Shown: piece after piece, positions 49,946-60,511 of the stretch
How positions within the stretch are numbered: the stretch's first letter is position 1
Layout of the letters: every line of letters starts with the position of its first letter
Origin: a virus
DNA: 64,000 nucleotides
IMG/VR virus record: IMGVR_UViG_3300044946_000175
Span: 1 to 64,000 of that record
Reading direction: 5' to 3' (one strand)
Translations under genes and position numbers: made by a program
The notes under the pieces: generated by a model
The model's input: only the letters and a program-made list of their open reading frames with translations
Databases searched by the model: none
Told to the model about the DNA's origin: nothing

Positions 49946-50024
49946 AAAGACGAATAATTTGTTTCGAGCGAATCGGTGTAGATTCGCTCTTCTGAACACA
50001 CGCTTATCTCGGGGGATAAGAGCG

Positions 50025-51314
50025 ATGTTAAAGCCTGTTCCGTATGGCGGTGAAATAAAAAGGAACATCGTCGGTCACATTTGGCCGACGAAGAATGGAG
50101 TTTGGCGGACGTCGGTCGCCTACATTCTTCGCCGGGCCGATTTGTTCAACGGACAGAAAATCATCTCGGTTGTAACGGACGATTCGACCGACAAACTGGC
50201 GGACGTGAAAGCCGCATTTGCTGGAATGAAGCAGGTCGATTTTTTGCATTTTAAAAACAATCCGGTGTTGGGTGAAGTCGTCAGTTTCGAAGAGCTACTC
50301 CACCGCGTGGAAAGTATTGCTACTAATGAGCTTACATATTATTTCCACGCAAAAGGGTCCAAATATCGACCCGGCGAGCAGCCGATGGTGAAGCATTGGG
50401 TTGATGTGATGCATGCTAACATGCTCGACTACCCGTCGCTGATCGAGGATTCACTCCGCTCGCATGCGATCTGCGGGACGTTCATCAAGAGCGGCAATCA
50501 ATTCGGCGGACTCGATCCTTCGTGGCACGCAGCCGGGACGTTTTTGTGGTTTAGAAACGCTGCCATCTTCGGCAGTACGCTCTGGAGGCGAATTCCTAAA
50601 ACGTGGTGGGGCACGGAAGCATGGCCTGGTATCGTCTGTCCTCGCGAGCATGCCGATTGTCTCATGATGGAAGGTATGGCTCCTACCATGCAACTCTATC
50701 GCCGCGACTACTGGAAAAACGAGGTCAATCCGAAATGGCTGGCATGGCAGGTGTACAACTGTGGACTACATCGACACAATTCGTACTCGGAAGTTTTCAA
50801 CACGTTGAAACTTACTAACGTCAAAAAGATCGTAGTGGCTGGTCCACAGCGGTCAGGCACGATGATCGCTGCCAAGATCCTGGCTCACGATCTTAAATTG
50901 CCTTTTCATTCTGAAATTGAATTCGACACGCACGACTTCATGAAGTTCATGAAATTGATACAATCAAAAGAGTCGTTTGTGGTCCAGGCTCCTTCGATGT
51001 CCGCTTACGTCCATCAGTTGCCGTGTACCGCGATCTGGATGCAGCGTAGTCATCAAGACGTACTCCGCTCCGAGCGTCGTATAAAATGGGGCGCGGAAGA
51101 GCAATTGGAGCGGAATCGATACTTTACACGAGAGCACGGATCGTCAGCGGCAATTAAACACGAGGCGTGGGAACGATTCCAGCGCATCGAACTCGGAGAG
51201 CGTGCTTTCGATCTGTCCTACGATTCGCTCAGTACGCATCCTCTCTGGGTGCCGGAAGACGGCAGAAAGGAGTTTGGACCCCGACAAACGAAACCTGAAT
51301 ATCCAAATGCGTGA
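50025..51314 (+). CDS. Fusion: glycosyltransferase-like domain + P-loop sulfotransferase-like domain
   Basis: 'YFHAKG...W...M', 'HAAGTFLWF', 'EAWPG'; 'IVVAGPQRSGT' PAPS-binding loop, 'MQRS..DV..S', 'LSYDSL'. Confidence 0.65.
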   Translation: MLKPVPYGGEIKRNIVGHIWPTKNGVWRTSVAYILRRADLFNGQKIISVVTDDSTDKLADVKAAFAGMKQVDFLHFKNNPVLGEVVSFEELLHRVESIATNELTYYFHAKGSKYRPGEQPMVKHWVDVMHANMLDYPSLIEDSLRSHAICGTFIKSGNQFGGLDPSWHAAGTFLWFRNAAIFGSTLWRRIPKTWWGTEAWPGIVCPREHADCLMMEGMAPTMQLYRRDYWKNEVNPKWLAWQVYNCGLHRHNSYSEVFNTLKLTNVKKIVVAGPQRSGTMIAAKILAHDLKLPFHSEIEFDTHDFMKFMKLIQSKESFVVQAPSMSAYVHQLPCTAIWMQRSHQDVLRSERRIKWGAEEQLERNRYFTREHGSSAAIKHEAWERFQRIELGERAFDLSYDSLSTHPLWVPEDGRKEFGPRQTKPEYPNA

Positions 51315-51349
51315 TTTTTAACTTCTTTACTCACAAAAGGAAAAAGGCA

Positions 51350-51826
51350 ATGAAACGTTTAGTGTTCGCAGTGACAGTGTTCGTCACTTTGTTTTCCGCA
51401 GGCATCGCCGGTGCTCAGTGCAACAGTGCAGCCAGCGCTAGCAGTTGTTCTACTTCGGCCAGACACGGACTGTTTTATAAACTGACGCATCGACATCAGG
51501 GTACTGTGGCTTCGGCATGCGCGACCCAGACGATCAGTACGGTAGTCCAGACCACGACCGTCACGACTCAGGTTCAGAAAAAGCCTGTCGGCGGTAAAAG
51601 ATTCAGCGGAGTTTTTCTGGACGCGGCCAAGGCCGAACTCAAGCGAATCGTGGTATCCACCGGTCGGCTGACAGAAGCAGGTTACGATCAGGCATTGGCG
51701 AACTACACAACCAAGGACGCCGTAAATTGGTCTGGATTTTTAACCTTTTTGAACGGACTCTTGGCCGACGCTCCTGAAATTATAGCGTTAGTCCAGCAGA
51801 TAATCGCATTGTTTGGTGGTGGTTGA
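51350..51826 (+). CDS. Secreted hypothetical protein
   Basis: Signal peptide MKRLVFAVTVFVTLFSAGIAGA; amphipathic C-terminal helix. Confidence 0.6.
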   Translation: MKRLVFAVTVFVTLFSAGIAGAQCNSAASASSCSTSARHGLFYKLTHRHQGTVASACATQTISTVVQTTTVTTQVQKKPVGGKRFSGVFLDAAKAELKRIVVSTGRLTEAGYDQALANYTTKDAVNWSGFLTFLNGLLADAPEIIALVQQIIALFGGG

Positions 51827-51877
51827 GGCTTTTGGTTTCTTTCCATCGCCCATTTTTCCTAACGGAGTAATTAGCTC

Positions 51878-52327
51878 ATGAAATGGATTATCTTGTTTTT
51901 CGCTGTGATTCTGACGGCTGGTAGTTCACTCGCTGCTGAAGATGCGCTCGATGAAGTCAATGCCTTGCGTGCCAAACGAGGACTTCCACCGTTCATTCGC
52001 GATGATGGATTGACTGAAGGCGCAAAGAAGATCGCCGACTATCGAGCGGCGAATTTGATCTTCGGTCACGTCATGAATGGTTCGTATGCACTCGATCACT
52101 CATTCGTTCCGGCAGGAACGCGAGTCGATACGGCAGGTTGCGCGGCGTATCCGCCAGAGTATGGTTGGCTCTCCTGTGCCGTCAATGAAGCTTACACATA
52201 TGCCGGAGCCGCATATGCAATTGGCTCAGACGGAAAACGTTACATGCATCTATTTTTATCTGGTGGTTCAGCAGCAACGCAGACGACCAGCTATGCGGCA
52301 TATCGTCGTGTATTTAGACGACGATGA
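51878..52327 (+). CDS. Secreted CAP/SCP-domain protein
   Basis: 'ALDEVNALRAKRGLPPF..D..L...A...A.....FGH', 'YAGAAYA...DG..Y'. Confidence 0.7.
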   Translation: MKWIILFFAVILTAGSSLAAEDALDEVNALRAKRGLPPFIRDDGLTEGAKKIADYRAANLIFGHVMNGSYALDHSFVPAGTRVDTAGCAAYPPEYGWLSCAVNEAYTYAGAAYAIGSDGKRYMHLFLSGGSAATQTTSYAAYRRVFRRR

Positions 52328-52363
52328 TCCAATCCGCAAGGATTGGTGTTAGGTAGGGAAAGA

Positions 52364-52398
52364 GCAATACGCCGGGGATGGATTCTCCGGCGTATTGC
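52364..52398. terminator. Strong hairpin ending the structural/lysis region
   Basis: 15-bp stem gcaatacgccgggga/tctccggcgtattgc; second hairpin ccaatcc-gcaa-ggattgg at 52329-52346. Confidence 0.6.
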
Positions 52399-52562
52399 CT
52401 TCAGTGCCTTTAGTCAGTCTGGCGGCACTTCTTCAGGAGTTTTAGCTCGTAAGCCAGTTCGCATTGTAATTCCTCCAGTTCTTCAATCCTATCCCACAAA
52501 AACCTAAAAGACAAATTAAAAACCATTCTTTGACTTTACTTCATCCGTAATGCATATTTCTG

Positions 52563-54359
52563 ATGGACAGTCTTTCCAAACAACTGACATCGGAGACGGC
52601 GATGGTAATGGATACTATTCGGGCTGAAGAGCGGCGTAAAGCAGCATATTTGAATTATGATTATAGTGTAAGCAAACTGACTCTGGCCGAAGTGCTGGAG
52701 GTCGATCTCGAACACATAGAACAGTATAACCGAAAGGTCATTACTGGCGGAGAACTCGACTGCCTCTTTCACTGGGGTGTCCTCCCCCATCGTCTGTTTG
52801 ATAGACTTCAGAGCGTGGTCTGAAAAGACAAAATTTTAACTTGCCTTTTCACTCCTGGATGGTAAGATGGGTGTGTAGGACGAAATCACCACCACACAGG
52901 AGCAAAGTTATGAATATGCGTTTCTGCTCTGCTACTGGCCGAATGATGCACAAATTCAATCCCGAAACACACCAGTGCGCCTGCGGTCGATGGGAGCGCG
53001 GTTTTAAGCCAAAGACTGGTCCAGTCAAGCCACGGGCAGAGTGTCAAATTTGCGAAGGTCAGTGGGCTCTTGAAAGTACAGGCTGCATCGGACATCACGG
53101 ATACAAGCGTCCTGGATGCGGTTTTATCGCTGGTGACTGCATGGGCGTGGACCACAAACCATATCCAGCGACGGACGCGCTGGAAAAGTACGAAATCTGC
53201 CTGATGGGGATCTTGGCTCGTGCTCAAGATAACCTGACAGAACTGCCAACACTGACGGAGTTTCATCATCAAATGACCAGATCGCGAAAAGAACCAAAGA
53301 CGGTAGTGGTCAAGAAGGGTGATGAATACAGACTCGATCTGGAATACAGACAATATGTTCCTTCTTTTGACGATTTGGTGAAAAGACGTGGAACCGAACT
53401 GGTCCAAAAAATCGAGTCTCTTCGAAGTGAACTGGTGCGCGTAAAAACACGAATCACAAAGGCAAAACAATGAGTAAGCGTAAAAACGTTCATGTTATTG
53501 TCACTACAGAATCAACCCTCGCCACAAAGGAAGTTCCTTATGTGTCTGGTTGGGGCGAAAACGCCAAAGCGTTTCGGGTTGACGGAGACGTAATGAAGAT
53601 CGACATCAATGACGATGTCGGGAAAGGATTAGTGAGTTTTGTGATCCGGGAGGATGGATCGCTTATCGTTACTAATTATCAAGGAGTCTACAGCCTATTT
53701 CTCGGCAGTAATGTGCGATTGGAGAACGTGATGCCCTGGAGTGAAACCCAAACAGGAGCAGACAAATGCTGAAGAAAGACATCGTTGTCGGCGGTCTCTA
53801 CAAGGCCAAAGTGTCCAACAAAATCGTAACGGTACGGGTGGACAAGATCCGCACGTCTTACGGAACTGGTCGTACTCGCGATGCTACCGTTTACGATGTG
53901 ACAAATCTTACAACGAAGCGAACGACTACATTCCGGAGCGCGGCAAAGTTCCGAGAGTCCGTACAGACATGGACTACTTTGGTTTCAATCAAATCGAACA
54001 GACCGCGATTCAAAATAGGAGATCGAATCAAGATCGGTCCAAATACGATAGGTTATGAAGGGCATTACAAAGCTGGTGATGAAGGGACCATAAAAAAAAT
54101 CGAATGGGACAAAGGCGGAGGCGGACATGCGCCTGGGTGGGTCTGCACAGTCGATATTTCGGCTTCTGCCTACTCAAAGTTCTGGGAAGAGCTTCTGGAG
54201 CCGGTCATGGAGGGTGAGAAGCGCACGGATTTTCCTGTCCAGAATGCTCCATCTGCGGAGACTACCTCGAATCGGGCTGGTGTCATTCCTGCTACAAATT
54301 TACCGAAAAATAAGCCAGGAACGTGGCAACTGTCGGATGATTTACCGGGTAGTTATTAG
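52563..54359 (+). other. Early-type hypothetical CDSs 52563-52823, 52910-53473 (CQIC..HHGY Zn motif), 53470-53772, 53766-54359
   Basis: Co-oriented; RBS AGGAG before 52910 and 53766. Confidence 0.6.
52822..52868 (+). promoter_or_regulatory. Palindrome + promoter
   Basis: gaaaagacaa-N9-ttgccttttc; TTGCCT-N16-TAAGAT. Confidence 0.75.
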
Positions 54360-54378
54360 TCTTTTTGCAAATTCTGCA

Positions 54379-54425
54379 AAAAGGCAAAATAATTAGTTGC
54401 CTTTCACCAGAATCGAAACTAAGAT
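54379..54425 (+). promoter_or_regulatory. Palindrome + promoter
   Basis: aaaaggcaa-N9-ttgcctttc; TTGCCT-N17-TAAGAT. Confidence 0.75.
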
Positions 54426-54469
54426 GAAAGTGTAAGTCGAAGTGACTTACCTAATCACTCAGGAGACTT

Positions 54470-55216
54470 TTGATGTCCAATCTCATGCTTCACTCGGGCG
54501 GTCGTCAGGCAACCATCGAAGAGGTCCGCGCCGTCGTCACTCCGGCTCCGGAGGGTCGCTGGCATCCCACTTCACACATTACCGTTCTGGACAGCGTCCG
54601 CGAGACTCTCACTGGTGCTGGCTACACGATCAAGGCCGAAAAGTACGGTCTGGCCCGTAATGATCACCGCTTCTTTGGCATCCTGGACCTGGAAACTCCA
54701 CTCGTGACTGGTGTTGGTCTGTCCGTGGGTGTCCGAAACAGCACAGACAAGACCTTCCCGTTGGGATTTGCGGCTGGTTCCCGTGTGTTTGTCTGCGATA
54801 ACCTTGCCTTCAGCGCGGAGTTGATGGTTCGCCGCAAACACACCAGGTTCGGCCTTCAGCGGTTCGGTAATGCGATTGGAGAGGCAGTTGCTTCACTCAC
54901 GTCCTTCAAGGACGCCGAAGCAGATCGCATCAAGAAGCTGGCCGATATGGAATTGACGGCACGGGATGCTAGTCACATCATCCTGACCGCCTATCGGCGT
55001 GGTATTATCAACACGCAGCAGATTTCGGACGTCATCAAGGAATGGGAAGAGCCTCGTCATAAAGACTTCCAGCCCCGTACCGCGTGGAGTTTGTTCAATA
55101 GCTTCACGGAGATTCTTCGGGATCGGGCCATCAAGAATCCCCAGGCGTTCGTGGCTTCCACCATTCGCCTGAATGGACTGATGCTGCCCGAAGCGACTCC
55201 TGCTCTGGCTGTGTAA
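54470..55216 (+). CDS. DUF932/DUF945 family protein
   Basis: 'WHPTSH', 'GVRNSTDK', 'AGSRVFVCDNLAFS', 'RKHT', 'TAWSLFNSFTE'. Confidence 0.8.
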   Translation: MMSNLMLHSGGRQATIEEVRAVVTPAPEGRWHPTSHITVLDSVRETLTGAGYTIKAEKYGLARNDHRFFGILDLETPLVTGVGLSVGVRNSTDKTFPLGFAAGSRVFVCDNLAFSAELMVRRKHTRFGLQRFGNAIGEAVASLTSFKDAEADRIKKLADMELTARDASHIILTAYRRGIINTQQISDVIKEWEEPRHKDFQPRTAWSLFNSFTEILRDRAIKNPQAFVASTIRLNGLMLPEATPALAV

Positions 55217-55228
55217 CCGGCAGTTCCG

Positions 55229-55259
55229 AGAAAAGGCAGGATTATATCTTGCCTTTTCT
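55229..55259. promoter_or_regulatory. Palindrome copy (no clear -10; may also act as a terminator)
   Basis: agaaaaggcag-N9-ttgccttttct. Confidence 0.7.
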
Positions 55260-55295
55260 TTATGTCAAAACACCCCAAACATAAAAAGGCAAAAC

Positions 55296-56790
55296 ATGAA
55301 CGCTACTTCAAAAATCCTTTGGCTCCGCGAGCGCATCCGCGATCAACAAAAGTGGATTGAAATGAATGGTGGTGATCTTGCCGGTTATCGGGCACGATAC
55401 GGAGATGTGAACTATGCTCCGTTGAACGCCGATGGTAGTATTCGTACATTCACTATTCCGACTGAGAGACAGACGCCAGAGCTTATCGAAGGACTAAAGC
55501 GGATAGACTCCGTGCGATTTGTCGTTCCCATGTACGCTGACGGCGGTTCCAAAATCTGGGAAGCCGATGTGATGGCTTACGACAAGCTGGTGGATGAATT
55601 ACTCGAACTGGAGAAACAGCATCCAGAAGCAGCACGGACGGCTGGCATTGCTGATCCTCGTCCGGTTGTTATTAAGTGCATGAAGAATTACGATCCCGAA
55701 CGCGATCTGAAGTATTTCGGATCGCTAGTGCATAGTTGGGATAATAGCCCCCGACCTTCAAATGGAGAAATAGCTGCAAGTTCTATAGCTCATAATCTGC
55801 TCCAAAATCTCGGCAAACTGGACGAGTCGGCGCAACGAGGTGTGGTTGCTTTTGTCGAACTGCTCATGCGGGGCGAAGTCAAACGAGCTAGTGAGATTTT
55901 GAGGGGCAAATAAAAGGCAAAATTCTGACTTGCCTTTTCTGGAATCGGTTGTAAGATTCTGGTAACTCAAACTCAGGAGCTTGCTATGCCGAATTCTGTT
56001 ACCGTTATGCATTACGGAGTCGAGGGAACTGGTCGTACTGTGACTGAGGCAAAGAAAGATGCCGGTAAGAAGATCGAGAAGGCGTTGGAGGGCAGCTATA
56101 CGCCGCAGATTCTTGCGTGGCGTGGTTATGTCGCTTTGGTCTATCGCGATATGCAGGGATGGCAGAGTCGTCTCATCATGGACCCGGAGCGAGGCGTCAT
56201 CGACGGTCCTGTCCACGGATCGCATTACGGAGACGAAATCAAGGAAGCGGTGGATGCAGCCAACAGTAATCTTGCTCAACTTGGTTGGAAGCCTGAAGAT
56301 TGCCTGGAATGTCCGTCCATCCTTACCACACGCGAGCAGCAGAGCGATTTTCGGCACTGGTGCAAGTTTCAGTTGCGATATAAGGCAGCGAAGAGTGCTG
56401 GCTTGAACGACAACGAAGCTCATTCCTTCGCCGGATATAACCCGTCAACGCCGGAACTTCAGACGAGAGTTCCACAAGAGGCTCTGGCTGCATTCGGCGT
56501 GGCTGAGTCGAAGGCGATTTAATGGCTGTTCAGTTTGTATCGAAATTCAAACCGACCAGTTCAGAGGAGGAAGACAAATGAATAAAAAAGACATATTCAT
56601 CCGCGCCTTGGCTGAATTCTTGGTGAAGGACCAAGCTAAAAAGAGTGTGGAACTGGCAATGGGGAATGAACACGCCAAGCAGTGGGCGGATCTCAGGAGC
56701 GCCTCTCCGCTGTTCGACTATCCAACAGTTGAAGAGGCTGAAAAGAGCCTGAAGGAATTTTTCTCTAACAAAACAGGAAAAGGCAAATGA
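55296..56790 (+). other. Hypothetical CDSs 55296-55913, 55986-56522, 56578-56790
   Basis: Co-oriented; AGGAG and GAGGAGG RBS before the last two. Confidence 0.6.
55912..55957 (+). promoter_or_regulatory. Perfect palindrome + promoter
   Basis: aaaaggcaa-aattctgac-ttgcctttt; TTGCCT-N16-TAAGAT. Confidence 0.8.
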
Positions 56791-56917
56791 CAACCGAGAC
56801 AGCAAAGTTTATACTCGACGTATTTCCGGTCTGTTTTTTGATCGTAACCATACCCGGCTTCATCCTGGTGTTTTTGCTGCTAGTGAAGTCGATAATTTCT
56901 GTGGGAGATAGAGATAA

Positions 56918-57412
56918 ATGAATAAAAGATTTCCTCCACGATTGAATTACGGCAGTACGATGGAGTTCTCCGTCGCGCACGGATTTCTCGAAAACGGTCC
57001 ATCGAAGTCAAAGCCAAAACTGCCGCGATTGTTGCAGTTTGTCCTTCCTCCCTTCCAGCGTGGCGAGGTGTGGACCACTACGCAAAAATCGCGATTCATC
57101 GAGTCGTTGTGGTTGGGTCTGCCGATTTCTGTCTATGCTTACAATGAGTCGCCTACCTTCGGCGAAATCGACTACTGGCTCATCGATGGGCAACAGAGAT
57201 GGACGGCAATTCGAGACTTTGTAGAGAATAAATTCGAAGTGTTCGGCGGGTTGAAGTATAGCGACATGAACGAGTGCGAATTGAGGCAGTTCAAGAACAA
57301 ACGATTTCCTGCCATCTTGATCAATAGTGACGACGTGAAGGAGTTGCAGGATATATATGAGCGGCTGGCTTATGGCGGAACTGCTCACGAAAAATCAGGA
57401 GAAAGCAAATGA
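56918..57412 (+). CDS. Stand-alone DUF262 (GmrSD N-terminal, ParB-like) protein
   Basis: 'LPPFQRGEVW...QKSRFIESLWLGLPI', 'LIDGQQRWTAI'. Confidence 0.85.
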   Translation: MNKRFPPRLNYGSTMEFSVAHGFLENGPSKSKPKLPRLLQFVLPPFQRGEVWTTTQKSRFIESLWLGLPISVYAYNESPTFGEIDYWLIDGQQRWTAIRDFVENKFEVFGGLKYSDMNECELRQFKNKRFPAILINSDDVKELQDIYERLAYGGTAHEKSGESK

Positions 57413-58467
57413 AACTTGACGACGACAAGACTGAGGCAACTTTGTGGATGATCTTTTCGTGCGTTGCCTTGTTCGGTCTCTTATCGCACGAGGGAGTCCG
57501 ACAGGCTAAGGGTCCGGATGATAACGCAGAGCGTGACGCGGCCGCAAGCGCTGATAGAATGCTCAGGAGATTCAAAAAAAGATTCGACCAAGATTCTGAG
57601 TCGTTCGGAAAGGCAAAATAATGATTCGTCCAAAATGGACTACCGCTAAACCGACCCAACCCGGCTGGTACTGGTATCGTCAGGGAGCAGGTGGTGAGAT
57701 AATTGTTTCTCTTCATCAATACAACGATTCATTCATTATACGATTTTCTGGTAACGGCCAGAGCTTTGATTTTGATGAAGTGGTTGCAGAATATCCGGGC
57801 GCTGAGTGGGCCGGGCCGTTAGAAAAGCCTTAAAAATTCCGTCAAGAATCCGTAGCACGATAACCCCATCTTCTGCGAGTGTATTTCCAGAGGCTTCTGC
57901 GCTCCATTACTTTCGATAGAATAAAACCGATCAATAACCTGAACCTGGAAAGTTCATATGAATGCTAGACCGAACGCGAAAGAATTGAGAGAAAAGGCTG
58001 CTGAACTCAAAGAGGCAAAGAATGCCATCAAGACGGTGCCTCTTACCGTCGAGAACGTGGATCGTCTGGATGCGACCACTTCAAATGCAAAAGCATCTGC
58101 CAAACCGAAGCCGGAAAAGAAGCAAAAACCACCAAAAGACCCAAAAGACATAAAACCACCCCAACCGCCAGACCCTAACTCCAAGAGAAGTCAGAAAAAG
58201 CTCAAAGGACGGCTCCCGCACGGTTCCAGGTTCGACAATTTCGTTTATGATGGCGAGAAAGTGGAGTGGACGGGGATACTCACAGTTCCTGGATTCGAGG
58301 TATTTAGGGACCGGGCCAATGGCGTGATGACTCTGTTTTCCAGACTTGATAAAGCCTATCGAAGAGCGGCGAAGGAACGAGAGTCTGCCTCACCCGTTCC
58401 ACCATCGCCAGAGCCGAACTGCGAGCAGCACACTGGCAATGATGACCAAAATCGCGATGGCGAGTAG
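57409..58467 (+). other. Hypothetical CDSs 57409-57621, 57621-57833 (PTQPGWYWYR..EWAGPL), 57958-58467
   Basis: Coupled ORFs with motifs typical of small phage proteins. Confidence 0.6.
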
Positions 58468-59173
58468 TATCGGTAGTTCCAGAGTTGCATATCCAGCTTT
58501 GCGTTTCATGGATTTTTCTTGACCTCGAAACTTGATGGGCATAGACTTTTGGGGTGGATTAAACGGAAAGAGCGAGTTTTCCCGCAAAGAAAAGACTCGC
58601 TCGACCGTCACGTCAGTGTGAGCACATTCTATGTGACACACCGACCATAAGCAATTCCACAATTCAAAAATTCTTTGCGTATAGCCTCCAGGTTTGAGGC
58701 GACGGAAATGCCATACATCTGCGGACTGGCGAGCAATAGCGGTATGGGAACCGGCTTGGCGTTGTAGTAGCGGGAGTTCCCCACTACCAGCCAAAGTCGG
58801 CTGGCTGCATTTTCTCGATTGAAAAGAGGGAATGCTATCGGTTTGTTGAGGTGACGGGTGGGTGAATTTATTTCACTGGCTTTGTCCAACTGTGCAAGCA
58901 GTTCCATGCGTTCGGGGGTAGGTGGCTGGCGCTCCTTAATAGAGCATGGAGTCGTGGGGGTCAGCATGGGCTGGCGTCCGGAGCGACTGTAAACAAGACT
59001 CCGGACCAAACGAAAGCGAGGATGAGGGGTGACGCATTCGTGAAGTAGCTCCGTATCGTTTCAAGATCATTTAAATCTTGGAATGGTACGGGGCTACTCC
59101 GCTCAGAATCCAGGATCAACATTCCATTTCAGAGTTGGTTGTGTTTAGCTTTGTGTGTTGGAAGTGAGGTGTT

Positions 59174-59734
59174 TTGATGGATGCAGTACAATATGCGAAA
59201 TACCTAAGATCGGATCATTGGATTGAGTTCAGCAGTCATGTCCGGAAGAGTCGATGCTTTTGTTGTGGTGTTGAGAAGACTGGTTTGCACGTCCATCACA
59301 TAACATACGAACGTGTTGGGAAAGAACTGGAACAGGATGTTGTGACAGTATGTAATGGATGTCACATCAAAATCCACAAGAGAGTCAAGAGAGGAACCAA
59401 ACTTGAAGATGCACATTTTGTCGTCAAGAAGTCGATGACGAGTCGAGAGGGACACCTGGTCGGGAAGTGGTGTTCGTGGCCGCGCCTTTTGAATCCGTCA
59501 CTACAACAAACCATCGGCAAGTTGAAAGCCTTTCTAGTTCTCAAGGGTCTTTTGGAAGATGGGAGGGCATCAAAGCTCGCATACCGCTTGAAGTTCGCTC
59601 GGGTAGTAAATGGTAAAGAGAGATGGCACAAAATGCGGTTCATTGATATGGCGAGAGCGGATCGTAAGATATGGAGGTGTAGGCAACAAGGAAAGGCAAT
59701 TTATCCATCGCTCCGCAAACGCGCTCTTATTTGA
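59174..59734 (+). CDS. HNH endonuclease
   Basis: 'YLRSDHW..CFCC..LHVHHITYER.G.E...DVVTVCNGCH..IH'. Confidence 0.8.
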   Translation: MMDAVQYAKYLRSDHWIEFSSHVRKSRCFCCGVEKTGLHVHHITYERVGKELEQDVVTVCNGCHIKIHKRVKRGTKLEDAHFVVKKSMTSREGHLVGKWCSWPRLLNPSLQQTIGKLKAFLVLKGLLEDGRASKLAYRLKFARVVNGKERWHKMRFIDMARADRKIWRCRQQGKAIYPSLRKRALI

Positions 59735-59744
59735 AAAGGCAAAA

Positions 59745-60221
59745 ATGAAAATTCAACTCTTCTTCGATGGCGGATGTACTCCCCGTAATCCAGGAGGAAC
59801 CGGTACGTGGGCCTACGTCATCAAAGGTCTGACTGAAGCCGACGTGGAAGGGTACGGTGCATTACAGGCTTCTCCCAAGATGACCAACAACGTCGCGGAG
59901 TACGTGGCGCTTGGGAAGGGTCTGCGATTTCTGGCCGACTACCAGAGTACCGACGCGGCAAAGGTCTTGACGAGCCTGGAGATAAGAGGCGACTCCAAGC
60001 TGGTTGTAAACCAACTGACCGAAGAGTGGAAGTGCAACAAGGAACATCTTCAGAAGCTTCGTGCGCGCTGTTGGGAGTTGTTGGAGCAGATCAAGTGTTC
60101 GTGGACTACGGAGTGGATTCCTCGTGAAGAGAACTCACGAGCCGATGCTCTGGGTCACAAGGCTTATACCGAAGCGACCGGACAGCCTTATCCCGATACG
60201 ATCAACGGCAGGCGGATATAA
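59745..60221 (+). CDS. rnhA: Ribonuclease HI (archaeal/Actinobacterial-type)
   Basis: 'LFFDGG...NPG', 'TNNVAEY.AL..GL', 'IRGDSKLVVNQ', 'WIPREENSRADAL'. Confidence 0.9.
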   Translation: MKIQLFFDGGCTPRNPGGTGTWAYVIKGLTEADVEGYGALQASPKMTNNVAEYVALGKGLRFLADYQSTDAAKVLTSLEIRGDSKLVVNQLTEEWKCNKEHLQKLRARCWELLEQIKCSWTTEWIPREENSRADALGHKAYTEATGQPYPDTINGRRI

Positions 60222-60476
60222 ATGGACGATCCTTATTATGAGGTTCGGAGCGAGATTGAAGCCCATGAGAAGTTGCTGAAGTCCCATCCTGATTGTCAAA
60301 GGATGTGGGATGTCTGGGTCGCCCACCCCGACAAAACCAAGAGTGCATTGAATCCTCGTGAGATGGCTGAAGTCTGGGGCGTTTCGGAGTTGAGGCGGCA
60401 TCCTCTATTTGTGCGGTATATCGCGGGTAAGATGGGAGCGGTTTAGCGGCAAGTCGATAAGAACCTAACTAATAAC

Positions 60477-60504
60477 TTGCCTTTTCATCTTCCTGTGTTA
60501 AAAT
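60477..60504 (+). promoter_or_regulatory. Promoter, leaderless configuration
   Basis: TTGCCT-N16-TAAAAT, 7 nt before ATG 60512. Confidence 0.7.
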
Positions 60505-60511
60505 CCCGACA

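Noticed and set aside
59174-59734. IscB/HEARO (OMEGA) system
   Set aside because: The protein lacks the PLMP and RuvC motifs and is a simple HNH.
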